From NCBI RefSeq assembly GCF_009914755.1, contig NC_060944.1: a stretch of DNA of 64,000 bases. One strand, given 5' to 3'. The DNA is from the human T2T-CHM13v2.0 reference genome, Homo sapiens. Position 1 is the first letter of the stretch. Every line of letters starts with the position of its first letter. The notes under the pieces are model-generated. The model was not told where the DNA came from, did not search any database, and saw nothing but the letters and a program-made list of their open reading frames with translations. Below, one piece after another: positions 1 to 16,086 of the stretch. The position numbers and the translations under genes are program-made.

Positions 1-390
1 TGGATTGACTGGGCACTGTTGGGTTCTTTACTTAGTGGGCTGAAGGCTGGGTTCACTCATGTGCTGCATTAACCTGAGAGCTAGTTTGGGATTGGAATGA
101 CCAGGAGAGCCTCTCTTCCTCCAGAGTCCATCTCCCTGTGGCCTCTAGTTATTAACTGGTCTAGCTGGACTCCAAGAGGGAGAAAGTGGAAGCAAGCCAC
201 CAGTTGTCTTAAGACCTAGACTCAAAAGTCCCAGAAAGTTATTTCTGCTACTTTCTGATTGGTCAGAGCTATTCACAAGGTCCACCCAGCTTCAGTGGGT
301 GGGGAAATTTATCCTGCCTTTTGATACGAGGAGCCGCTTAGTAGGGATGGAGGAATTGTTAGTGGCTGTATTTAGAAATTACATACCACA
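1..390. mobile_element. Old MaLR (MLT1-type) LTR fragment
   Basis: Degenerate similarity to recalled MLT1 motifs (ttctgattggtcagagctattcacaaggtccacccag). Confidence 0.4.
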
Positions 391-852
391 CTTTTCAGTT
401 TTACCTTGAAACTGACTTTAAGCCTTGGAAGAATTCAAAGTTGGCCTTTGAAAATTTTGGTGTCCAGTTTGGGAAGGTATGAAAGCAAATTATAATGGAA
501 GGAATCTTGCTCTTTCCTTTTAACAAAGTTATTTTCTAGGTTAAGAGCAAACTGATTCTACAAAAACAAGTTTTTAAACATCATCCAACCCTTCGCAAAC
601 AACTTTATAAATGTGCCTTTTAATCTTCCATCTGATTTCTTTGCTATAAAGCCCTAATTGTACATGTTCTGTTAGTACATGACTGAGAGCCCTGGAGCGG
701 CAGTCATTGAAGAACAACATATTTCCAGTCCAGCTCTTGGGGTTTGAAATGAAACACATAAAATCTACCAAGTCTGTTAGGATACCTTCCTAGGGAACAG
801 AGGCCTCTTCCTCATTGAACCCCTGATAAGACCTCTCTGCTACTGAGATTTA

Positions 853-1183
<331 letters not shown>

Positions 1184-1252
1184 CGGGAATCCACGGGAGT
1201 GATATTCTACATCACTCCCATTTTTGTCAAATTTATTCACTGGAAAAGAGAT

Positions 1253-3790
<2,538 letters not shown>

Positions 3791-4169
3791 GAGCTGTATT
3801 TCAAAAATTCTATATACAGTAGTAGTTGGCCCCAGTGGCTCTTTGGATAACAGAGCAATCATATAATATGACTCATGTGTGTGTTACCTACTTGATACTA
3901 GTTAATATTTAGTGAATGGGTTGAAGGCATAATATAGACAAAGTGAAGCCTAGAGAAGCTGCAAATCCAGTGCTCAATCCTGCATCTCACTCCCTCTAAT
4001 GAGTTAAAAAAAATTTTTAAATGACTTCAGAATTTTAAAATTATTATTTTTATTTTAAACAGCTGGGGTTTTTTGTGTCTAGTTTTATGCAAAGGTGTCT
4101 ATAAACTTTGTATTGAAGTTTGAGCTTTCCAAATAAGTAATACAAAAAGACCTACTTTATGACACATAA

Positions 4170-4529
<360 letters not shown>

Positions 4530-4570
4530 TGAGTAATTATTTCTATATAACCAGTGTTTCTTTCTCATAG

Positions 4571-4707
4571 ACTTCCTTGCCGTCCAGGAAGGGATTTCGA
4601 CACCAGACCACCAAGTTTTTGTATCGCTTGGTAGGATCAGAAGATATGGCTGTGGACCAGAGTATTGTCAGCCCTTATACCTCTCGGATCTTGAAACCTT
4701 ATATCAG
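4571..4707 (+). CDS. KAT14: KAT14 (CSRP2BP) internal coding exon, TSLPSRKGFRHQTTKFLYRLVGSEDMAVDQSIVSPYTSRILKPYIR
   Basis: Acceptor tttctcatag|ACT and donor ATCAG|gtatat. 137 nt (phase 0 to 2), splices in frame to the next exon. Peptide recognised as CSRP2BP/KAT14. Confidence 0.93.
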
Positions 4708-4983
4708 GTATATGGAGAACTAGAGGTGTGATGTCAGGTGTGTCATGAGGGATAATGATTGTGGTTTCTGTGCCCTGTTCTCCTGTTGGAGAGAATAAAG
4801 ATCACAAACTGTGAACAACATTGGCAAGGACTGAGTTCTGTGCTTCACCTCCAGTTTTGTCCTTTGCTTGTTTCAACTCTACTTTTTTGCAGAGAACATG
4901 GTCCTTTGAAAGAAACTTAAAAAGCAAAAATAAATTAACTGAAAGATTGCTTTGTGATGATCATAATCATTGTTTTATTTATT

Positions 4984-5282
4984 ATTATTTTTTTTTTTTT
5001 GAGACAGACTCTTGCCCTGTCACCCAGGCTGGGCTGCAGTGGTGCAATCTTGGCTCACTGTAACCTCTGCCTCCGGGGTTCAGGGAATTATCTTGCCTCA
5101 GCCTCCCAAGTAGCTGGGATTATAGGCATGCACCACCAAGCCCAGCTAATTTTTGTATTTTTAGCAGAGACAGGGTTTCACCGTGTTGGCCAAGCTGGTC
5201 TTGAACTCCTGACCTCAAGTGATCCACCCAGCTTGGCCTCCCAAAGTGCTGGGATTACAGGCGTGAGCCACTGGGGCCGGCC
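4984..5282 (-). mobile_element. AluS
   Basis: Dimeric Alu consensus match. Confidence 0.88.
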
Positions 5283-5983
5283 CTCATTATGTTATTTTAA
5301 ATACTAAAGTTGTATATTTTTAGTAGTCTGAAATGAAAAAATGTGAAAGACATCTCAGTTGAGCCTCCATCTGGACTGGATGTATATGAAGCAGTTTCCA
5401 ATAATGAATGTCATTGTCCAGGCAATGAAATGGAAGCTGAGCTTGCTAGAGAGGACCCAGCAGTGTCTGGCACTGTAAATGAGAGCACATTATTGCACTC
5501 ATTGCACTACAATTGCCCTGCAGCTCCATGATCACCCTGACCCTCCATGCCAGCACCACATTCCTGGGCAGGCACAGTGAGAAGCAGTTTGTGAGCCTGC
5601 TCCAAGCTCATTGTGTCTCTGGTGTTCCCCAAATGCCCCGCAAAGTTGAGTGTTCCCTCTTCTGGCCTCCAAGGCACTGGAGATGCATCCTCATGTCTGA
5701 CTCCTTGGGGTGAATCTGATGCTGTATCTGTTTCCTCACTGTTCATGAAGGCACCTAGCACAGTCCCTGGTGGGTACAGAGGGCTTTGGCCTGATGAATG
5801 TTCAGAGTGAATTTTAGATTTCATACATAAAAGTATAGCTGTAATCAAGCCAGCTTCGTGTAAAACAGTGCAGGTTACTTTAAAGTTTCAAGCAGATCAA
5901 AGAGTTTATATGAGTCAAAAAGCTAGGAATAATACCAGGTATTTTTCTTGACTTGAATTTGTTTATCTTCTGTGGTACCGGAG

Positions 5984-6159
5984 GCGTGATTATGAAACAA
6001 AGCCACCCAAACTGCAGCTCCTGTCACAGATTCGTTCCCACCTGCACAGGAGCGACCCTCACTGGACGCCGGAGCCCGACGCACCTCTCGATTACTGTTA
6101 TGTGCGGCCAAATCACATCCCAACGATCAACTCCATGTGTCAGGAGTTTTTTTGGCCTG
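5984..6159 (+). CDS. KAT14: KAT14 coding exon, (R)RDYETKPPKLQLLSQIRSHLHRSDPHWTPEPDAPLDYCYVRPNHIPTINSMCQEFFWP(G); start of GNAT domain
   Basis: Acceptor ccggag|G and donor CCTG|gtatgt. 176 nt (phase 2 to 1), frame consistent with both flanking exons. Confidence 0.92.
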
Positions 6160-7463
6160 GTATGTTCCCCCTCCCAAACCAGGCAGGTCATTTTTCTGTA
6201 CAGTCCATTCTAGCAATTTTTAAAATTAGTTTATGTGATATCCTTAAGATTTTTATTTATGATTTCGTTTAGTTTGTCTCTGCTAACATGGAAATATTAA
6301 AATACAAATACCTCTTGCTTTCCCAAAATCTAGAAGAAGCCAGCAATAAACAGTGTTTTTGTTTGTTTCTCTTCCCTGTTTGTCTCTGTTTCCAGAGTAA
6401 AAGATTCATCCTGTTTTGCTTCTGCATATGTTTAGATACCAGGTAATGTCTATCAAAGATACACAGACTGGTAGCTTGGGCGTGTTTGGACACTTTTGTT
6501 TTTGGCTTAATAATTCTTTATGTTTTGTTTATTTAGCTGTTCCTTAGAGAGTATTAGTACAGCCAGAAGGTGTTTTTTAAAAGCCAAATGCCCTGATCAC
6601 AGACTGAGAATAAGGGTAAACCCAATATAATTTGTCATTTTATCAGCCTTAACAAAATTGCCTCTGAAGACCAAAGTCATTAATTAAAGGAACACATTTG
6701 CATTGCTAAATATAAACTATTCTTTGTGGATCTGCTTTCCCACGCTGCCTTGAAACCTAAAGGAAATAATACATGTCTTTCAGATGTTAGATACGATTTC
6801 ATCAAGATAGAGCTGTGTCGTCTTTATTGTCACATAATCACATAACTGTGAATGTGGTGGCAGAGCTGCACTCATTCTTTTGGGAGTCATACTGAGCCAA
6901 AAGTAACATTCTGGGAGCATCTCCTGCTTCCTGCCCTTATGTTAGGTGCCTTCCATACATTATGCACAGAAGCATATTTTACTTATTTATTGTGAAAGGT
7001 AGCATTTGTACAAAAGAACTTATAAATTATATGTGTGGGGGGTAAAGGATGTGATAGAACACGCTCGGAGGATCTTTACTTAACCCTGTCAGGTCTAGGT
7101 ATGCTCTTCATCTTACATATTGCAGAAACGGAGTCTCTGAGACATTTTGAAATGTGCCAAGCCACACATGGTAGAGGAGGCTGAGTTCAAAGCCAGCTGT
7201 GTCCAATTCTGAACCCGTGCACTGCTACCTACCCTATTCTGCCACTCTTCTTTTAGGAAATACTATGTAATTTCAATATTTTCTAAAATTCACTCTTATT
7301 TTTATGATCTGGTTGTGTGGTCTCTATGTTACCTCCAGTTTTGGTGTTTTTTTTTTTTTTTTTTTAGCATGCAGGTGTAGCTATATGTACATGCTGAACA
7401 GCTTGGTGTTCCTTAATTCTCAAAGGCATGTGGTTTGAGTCTCCGATGGTTTCTTTTCTTTAG

Positions 7464-7654
7464 GCATTGACCTGTCTGAGTGTCTGCAGTACCCAGACTT
7501 CAGTGTTGTTGTTCTTTATAAAAAAGTCATCATTGCCTTTGGCTTCATGGTTCCTGATGTGAAATACAATGAAGCTTACATTTCATTTCTGTTCGTCCAC
7601 CCTGAATGGAGAAGAGCAGGGATTGCAACTTTCATGATCTATCATCTGATTCAG
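7464..7654 (+). CDS. KAT14: KAT14 coding exon, (G)IDLSECLQYPDFSVVVLYKKVIIAFGFMVPDVKYNEAYISFLFVHPEWRRAGIATFMIYHLIQ; GNAT acetyl-CoA-binding motif A
   Basis: Acceptor ttcttttctttag|GC and donor CAG|gtaagt. 191 nt (phase 1 to 0). Contains VHPEWRRAGIA, matching the R/Q-x-x-G-x-G/A motif. Confidence 0.95.
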
Positions 7655-8089
7655 GTAAGTTGTCTATGTTTATGATTTATCACCTGTGTCTGGGCTCCCC
7701 TGAACAACCTGGAGGAGGAATGAAGCTGAGCTAGCCCTTCCCAGCATGGCCCAATGGAATGGTTTCCTTGTAAACCAAGTGAAGAAAGCCAGTCATCAGC
7801 ATTCATGAGGTTATCAAAGCACACAGTCAAAAATCTTCGACCCTCTAAAATAAGATTATTATTCAGACTCAGGTTTCATAGAAACCAGTTTGTGAACATG
7901 TGTATAAATAAAATGAGAAAATACCAAAAGCAAGAGCTTTAGGGTGGACTATTCATATTAGTAGTAGCTACTGCTCTTAGGATCATCACCTTCGCAACTC
8001 AGAGAAGTGAGGGTAGGACTATTATTTTTATTTTTTTAAATATTTGTAAACATTTTAGCACAACTGTATCAATAAGAATATGTATATAT

Positions 8090-8362
8090 TTTTTGAGACA
8101 GGGTCTCATTCTGTCACCCAGACTGGAGTTGCACAATCATAGCTCACTGCAGCCTCAACCTCCTGGGCTCGAGTGATTTTCCCGCCTCAGCCTTCTGGGT
8201 AGCCAGGACCACAGGTGCACACTGCCATGCCCGGCTGATTTTTTGTAGGGACAGGGTCTCACTGTGTTGCCTGGTCTGTGCTTGAACTCCTTGGTTCAAG
8301 CAATCCTTCCACCTCAGCCTCCCGAGTGCTGGGATTATGGGCATGAGCCACTGTGCCTAGCT
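8090..8362 (-). mobile_element. AluJ-like
   Basis: Diverged dimeric Alu (ctcactgcagcctcaacctcctggg). Confidence 0.8.
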
Positions 8363-10147
8363 ACATATTTTATTTTTGCTGATAGTTTGTAATTTTACTA
8401 TCACTGTATAAGGCTGATATGAACCTTCTAAGATTTGATTCTAGTATTGAATTATAATTCATCCTTTAATATATTTGTATCACCTTTGAAGAAAATACAC
8501 CATATATCACCATCAAAAAACATGCAAGGATTTTTTTCCCCTAGAATTTTTTTTAGTCAACTTTTACTTAGAAACCATTTGGTATGGAGGATTATATGTT
8601 TATGCAGGCAAGATTCCTTTTAAAGAGGAGATGAAGATGATAAAAGTTGTTTCTCCAATTTTTAATGAAACTTGCTTAATAATTCCCAAATGTTGGCAGG
8701 AACCTTGGAACCATTTTCCTAGAAATTGCTTTCCTTCTCTCCTTAGGCAGTGATTATGTAAATCACTCACTGAGTAATTAATATGTGCTACTTTGGGTGG
8801 TGGTTTTCTCTTGAGAGCTTCTCAGTTATTTCTACAACACTCCCTTTCTCTGCCCCATCCCAACCAAGAGTTGATCTCTCAGTATGCGTCTTTTTAACCT
8901 AGGAGAGCACTTAGAGGATTTGCTGCCGTATCTGTCACTGGTAAGGGCCTGAAGACAGGGCACGAATAGTACTCTGTCCTTGTGTGTGTGTGTCCTTGGT
9001 GCCCAACATGAGGGCTGGTACAGAGTCAGTCCCTGCTGAGTGTTTGCGAGGCCACTGGAGGAGTGGTTCATCTTTGCAGGTGGGCACCTTCCCCTCCAGC
9101 CAGACCATACCCCTGAGGGCCCAAACATAGGTGGCGCACAGTCGCTGGCACTCAATGATGGCCACGGTGAGATCACGTATATTTGCAATCTAGCAAACAC
9201 CAATATGACCCCACAAAATTTGCTTTAAAAACTCACAAAGTGCTCTTGTCCCTGGCATACTGGTAAGTGCTCTCTTGTCCTAAAAATGCCTGTGGATACA
9301 CATGGAAGTTAAGCAGAGAAAGCAGGTAGCTATCAGATGACTGTCAACAGAGGAGTTCTTAGAGGCCTGAGAGAACCATGGGTTATAAATCTCAAGGACT
9401 CTATCAACTTCAGTATTTCAGTGCCTTCTTTATTAAAAAGTAAGTTCTTAAATGATATGACTTTTGGGACACCTTACTCTGTGTAGCTGATTAAAGAATC
9501 TAAGGACTTGCCTTGTGTTGATAGAATGATTGTTACTCTTTTCCCCTAAGATTAGGTCAAAGCTGAATGTAGAAATCTCAGTTCTAAGAAGCTAATTCTG
9601 TCAGTTTTAGAGAGACAGAAGGTGGACTTTGGGATTCAGAAGGTCTATACAAGGGCCTCAGGTTTTATAATTACATTCTTAATATTTCATGTTTGTGCAT
9701 GTAATTTAGCAGGCCTAGTAAAGGAATTTTTACAGGTTTTGGGGAGGTACAAGATAACATCTAGTTTTAAAAAGCAAAACTTATTTTGTTTTGTATTTAT
9801 TCAAGGTTATCATAGTGTTAGGTATTGAAATGTTTGACATATTTAAAGGTAATTGAGTTGTAAATAATAAAGCTGACAATAACAATATCCCCATTGACCC
9901 TTTGCTTCAAAGAAAAATAAAAAACACCCAGAATACTATCAGTTTCCTTGGTCTTGTGAATGTTTTGATCAGCAGCAAAATGTCATTCTGTTTCCAGCTG
10001 TTGCTAGGTGTTGCAATGTCTCAGCCTCAGTCTCTGATTTCTCCGGTTTCCATAACTAACTGCCTACACTTAAAAGCGTTTCTTTACCTACTCATTTTCC
10101 CTCAGGCCTTTCCATTTTTATCTTGTATTTTTCCACTCTTTTGGCAG

Positions 10148-10321
10148 ACCTGCATGGGCAAGGACGTAACCCTTCACGTCTCAGCAAGCAACCCCGCTAT
10201 GCTACTGTACCAGAAGTTTGGATTCAAGACTGAAGAATATGTATTAGATTTCTATGATAAATATTACCCATTGGAGAGTACAGAGTGTAAACACGCATTC
10301 TTTCTGAGGCTCCGGCGCTGA
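10148..10321 (+). CDS. KAT14: KAT14 terminal coding exon, TCMGKDVTLHVSASNPAMLLYQKFGFKTEEYVLDFYDKYYPLESTECKHAFFLRLRR*
   Basis: Long polypyrimidine tract then ttggcag|ACC. GNAT motif B (N-x-x-A-x-x-L-Y-x-K-x-G-F type). TGA stop at 10319-10321. Confidence 0.95.
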   Translation, partial: TCMGKDVTLHVSASNPAMLLYQKFGFKTEEYVLDFYDKYYPLESTECKHAFFLRLRR

Positions 10322-11235
10322 TGCGAATACAGCTCACAGAGAAACGCATGTGCTATTGGAGAACAGGTCTTTGTGGAGATCTAAAGGCAGTGATTGATTT
10401 CACAGGGAGCTCTAATCTCTGTGATTACATGGTCCTTCAAACTCCCAACCAAAGTGAGAAAAGCGGCATGCAGTGAAATGAGCAGTGAGCAGCCCTTTAG
10501 CAAAATCGCCCTCCAGTCCTTCCTGGAGATGCCTTCAGCCAGCATCCCAGACTCCACAGTTATTTATGAACGATGTCGTGATTCTCCCTCCACCTGACAG
10601 TTTGTAAGAGTGAAAGAGCATCTAACCTGATGCTCTTGGAGAGAGATAACCTGTCTGTCATAACTTAAAGGATGAGAAAATGTGGTGTAGCTATTAAAGA
10701 TTCATGCAGTCCCAAAAGGCACTGTCCTGGGATGATGAGAGATTATAAGGTGATTTCATAAAAGGAATCCAACCCTGTGCCCGGCCATTGATGTGTTGTC
10801 ATTGAATCCAGGAGGATTTCTAGGGCACTGAAGTTTTGTTGTTTCTTTTGCTGACTTTGGTTACAGTCAGAAAAAATAAACTAGATGTTTGTGTCTACAT
10901 GTTCTACCTGTTGTACCTATTAGCATCTTCCTGCAGGGACTTGGGCCCATGGCCTGGGAGGTTGGTTTGGGATTGGGGTTGTTGGGCAGCCTGCCATTCA
11001 CCTGGCCTATCCTGGCCCTTCTCATGCCCAAGACAGTTGTTTCACAGGAGTGGAAGTGTGGGTGATGCAAGTAGAACCCTCTAGATGTACCCTGTGTGGT
11101 CTGCAGGACTGGACTGTTTGCTGTGTTTGTGGATGTTGGCGATAGACTGTCAATTAGGTTGTTTGTGATCCAACAAGAACATTTCCAAAAGTATCTAGGT
11201 GTTCTCAAATAAAAAGCTTTCTTTGCACAACCCAT
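10322..11235 (+). other. KAT14: KAT14 3' UTR (3' end approximate)
   Basis: Repeat-free sequence after the stop codon, with AATAAA at 10875-10880 and 11208-11213. Confidence 0.7.
11208..11213 (+). terminator. Probable KAT14 polyadenylation signal (AATAAA)
   Basis: Canonical hexamer ~890 nt after the stop, followed by T-rich sequence. An upstream alternative lies at 10875-10880. Confidence 0.6.
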
Positions 11236-11889
11236 GGCCAGAGCGTCAATCTAGTCAGTTTGCTTTCAAACCCTCTTTAATTAAGATCAGTGGTTCTTAA
11301 CTTTTTGGGACATGGATCACTTTGAGAATACAAAGAAAGCTGAATACTCTCTAGAAAACTGTCATGCACATTTAAAATTTTGCATCAGGGATCTGTCGAC
11401 CACAAGTTAAGAACATCTGTTCTAGAAGCTGTACTTGCAGCCAGCTCGAATTCCTTTGTGAGAGAGAATGTGTTGAGCTCCCACATTAAGCCAATCTGGA
11501 AGCTGTTCAGTCATCTGGGGAAACAGTTGAGGCTCCATTTCATTTGTGAGAGGAACTGTAGCAGCACTGTCTTATCTATTTCTTTCCTTTTCTTTACCTC
11601 CTACCCTGCCTCCCAAGAGTTTTCTGCCTCTTTGGAAGGTTTTTGTTGACAGAATGGATTGTAACACCACGAAGTAAAATTGAGGAGACAACATTTCCAC
11701 ATCTGTAAACCAGCTTGTGATTGTTGTATGTGAATGTCAGGCATTTGTTGTTGCAAAGTGGGGGCTCAAATAATTGTCTCTGTAACTTCAGGGAGCTGAG
11801 GAAAGCTGTGATTGCTTTTACTGACTCTGTTTCACTTTTTTTTTTTAATTTTGAGAAATTTTAAAAACCCTTTTCATTTCTTTTTTCTT

Positions 11890-12181
11890 TTTTAAATTTT
11901 GAGACAGGGTCTCACTTTGTCGCCCAGGCTGCAGTGAAGTGGCACTGGCGCAATCTCAGCTCACTGCAACTTCCGCCTCCCAGGTTCAAGTGATTCTCCT
12001 GCCTCAGCCTCCTGAATAGCTGGGACCACAGGAACATGCGACCACACCTCGCTAATTTTTTGTGTTTTTGGTAGAGATGGGGTTTCACCGTGTTTTCCAG
12101 GCTGGTCTCGAACTCCTGAGCTCAAGTGATCTTGGCCTCCCAAATTGCTGGGATTATAGGCATGAGCCACCACACCCGGCC
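11890..12181 (-). mobile_element. Alu
   Basis: Dimeric Alu; flanking tttgagaaattttaa repeated on both sides. Confidence 0.85.
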
Positions 12182-14654
12182 TTTGAGAAATTTTAATCAC
12201 ACACAAAGACAATGATGCCACAAACCCCATCACCCATATTCAACAATTGTTGAAATTCTATGTCATTTGCTTCATTTATCCTTTTTTTTTTTTGCTAAAC
12301 TATCTGAAGGTAAATTCTAGATATCATATAATTTTACCACTTCTTACTCAAATAGGTATTTCTAAAAAATAAGGATATTTTCTTATATAATCTCAGTGTT
12401 CATTATCAGTCCTCTAACAAGATGAACATGTTTGGAATTATCTAGTAGTCAACCTGTAGTCACACCTTTTGAATTGTTTCAGAAATTCCTTTTACAGTTG
12501 GTTTGTTGGATCAGCGGCCAAGCAGGGTCCACATAAGTGACTTACTGTCCTGTCTCCACCGCCTGTTCATCCAGAGTGCCTCCGCCCTATTACTGCACTG
12601 CCACTGACAACATCAGTTGTCCCATGGCATGTCCCACATGTGGGTTGTCTGTTGCGTCCTTGTGGTGTCCTTCATGGGGCAGGACTGACTGGACAAGGTG
12701 AGGAGTGGACCTATGCTTGTCTCTTTAGCGGAGGGTGGGGACAGCTGACTCCCTGCCCCACTCCATTCCCTGCTTGGGTGTTGGGGCAGGGCCATTTCCC
12801 AGGGGTGGGCTTGATGGCCCCTGTGTGTGGGGCAGCTGTCGGTTTTGATCTGCCTTTCTCTCTGGCCCTTCTGAGCTAGCCCTGTAGTAAACCCTTAGCT
12901 AGTCCTCTAGAAGTGAATCTCCACAGTGCCAGGCTTGGGGCTGGGTTGCGGAAGAGCCATGTTTTGGTGGATTAAAGTCAAAATTTACTGTGAAGTTTCA
13001 GAATATCAAGTAAGGAGGAAGGCTTGTTTTTTCATGCCACAAAAGTGAGAATGAGTTCTGAATGAGTTCTGACAAGCTGAAGAGCTCTGCCTTCAGTTGT
13101 GTGTTCGTGAGAGAGTCTGGATTGTCCCCTTGGGAGGTGGCCTGGGGTAGCCAGGTGGGCCTTTGGGATCCCTAGGGGGGTGCAGTAATTCTGATTAATT
13201 ATTGTCCATATTTACTCAGTCTTGTTCTAGGGAGGTTGAGCTCTATTTACAGCAGGATGGTTAAGAACCAGAAACATAATTTTAAATTTTCTAAAGGCAG
13301 TTAACATATTTTACATAAAGTTTTCATCACCTAAAAGCCACATTGCCTTGGGACCTTTTCCTGGAACTGTCTCCTGCAAGTGGCTTGGTGTATTCACTAC
13401 AGCCCTGGGGAGAAGCATCCAGGTTGACCCCACAATGTGGGGTTGCATTACACAGTGTGGTTAAGCATATCCTCCAGGTATCTAACAGCAGGAAGTTGCA
13501 GTAAAAACATAATGTACCTCAGAACTGGGAATGGCCATGGGGTCATGAGACTCTTCATTAGTACATACCTAACTCACATACTTGTGAGTTTGTTAGTACA
13601 TACTTGACTCTGAGAAATGTATTACAGTTATTTATGAGAAACAAGTTCACAGTCTTAGTGAATGTCATGCTTCAGCTTCCTCATCTGTAAAACAGGGTTG
13701 ATGAGACCCACCTCACACATTTGTAGTGATAGGTACAACAAGGTCAAGAAAATCACAAATGGAGGACCCTGAATTCAAAGCCAGGCAGTCTGGTACCACA
13801 GCCTTCAGCCTTCACCGCTCTGGCTAAGCCTTGGGGAGGGGGCTGGGAGGTGTAGGGGGTAGTTTAGGGGGTCTGTGTGTGTCTGGCTCGGTACTGCCCC
13901 CAGTGCCTGGAGTGGTGCCCAGCACAGAGCCAGTACTCCACACATTGGATGAAGGAGGGAGAAAATGAGCTGTGTGTACCGGGAGTTCAATGTGATGAGA
14001 GACCTCAGTAATGCCTCTTGTTTTTTTCACTTTTTAAATATAGGCATGGAATCTTTCTGTTTATCAGAAATCATAAGTGTTTCTCATTGCACCCAGCCCC
14101 TTCTCTTTGCCTGGATAGGTAAAGGCAACTCTTAGCCTCTTAGAACCTTACAACATTATATACAGGTTACCCCATGCTAGAACAATCTCTACAAAAGTAA
14201 CCAAAGACTGTAGTAAAATTTCAGTTTTATGAGCTAAAGGAAAAGACTGATGGCTGCTCAGGTTAAGAGGCTGGAAGGTGGACAGTTTGTGCTGTCACAG
14301 ATGGAATGGCTCCAGGCAAGCCCACGTGTGTGAAGGGCAGCTCAGCCTTCCTCTGTAGCCTTGCTGCTCATATAAGGTGGAATTTTATTGCAGGTGACCT
14401 CAGAGCATAGGTCTGGAAGGCCACTGGCCCAAGCATGGAGACAAAGTCCACCTGGAAACTCAGAAGACCCAACATTCTATCCAGCAGAGCAGGTTCCAGG
14501 TGCATCACATGTGAATCCCCTCAGCCCTTGGGACAGCCAGAGCTCCTAGGAGTTTGTCCCCATTGGGTGCAGTCAGTAATGTGCTGATAAATGACCACAG
14601 ACTGGGGGTGAGGTGGGGAGAGGGGGAGCAGTAAACCAAGCCCCTGATGTGTAG

Positions 14655-15335
<681 letters not shown>

Positions 15336-15519
15336 TCTATGGCCAATTTTCAAGCTACCAATGTGATGTCACTAAACCCAGAGGTAGAACGATGTGTACA
15401 GTAGCCACCATTATATTGTATTTCTGTCACGCAGAAACAATAGATGGAAGTTACCTCAGAAGCACAGGTAATAGTAACAAGCAGTCATGACAATTATCTA
15501 ATTGTCATGTAGTAAGTTG

Positions 15520-15661
15520 TTTTGTTTGTTTGTATCTTATAGAGATAGGGTGGGTCTTGCTATGTTGGCCAGGGTGGTCTTGAACTCCTGGCCTCAAGCA
15601 ATACTCCCACCTCAGCCTTACAAAGTGCTAGGATTACAGGCATGAGCCACTACACCTGGCT
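15520..15661 (-). mobile_element. Alu left monomer (FLAM-like)
   Basis: Single Alu arm. Confidence 0.7.
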
Positions 15662-16086
15662 GACATTTAGTACGTTTTGAATATTGATTTTAAATATGAT
15701 TGATTTAATTAATGTATATAATTTAACTTTTAATAATGACTTTGGAAATCTAACCAGCAGCTCCTGCATGCAGCCACCTCAGGGCTGGGCACAATGGGGT
15801 CTGATAGCTTGCCTGGTGGTCCCACAAGCAGCAGACTTGAGCAGCTCCTGGAGCTCACCACGTGCGGCCCACAGTGTGAGCCTGGGCAAGGACAGAGCTG
15901 CCTCCCGAGGAGTTCCTGTGCTGCCAGGAGTAGCTGGTGGAGGCGGACTAGGAAGGTCAGGGAGGCTTTCTGGAGGCCCTGGGAGGCCCAGGTTGCAGCC
16001 TCACACACATTGGATTGTCTGTGGCTTTTGTAGCTTCCAAGCTGGCTGCAGGGAGACCACTCTACTGAACACATTCTATGGCTTAA

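Noticed and set aside
9902-10147. 5' extension of the 139-aa ORF upstream of the last KAT14 exon
   Set aside because: Non-ATG start and pyrimidine-rich intronic composition. GNAT similarity begins exactly at the splice acceptor (10148).
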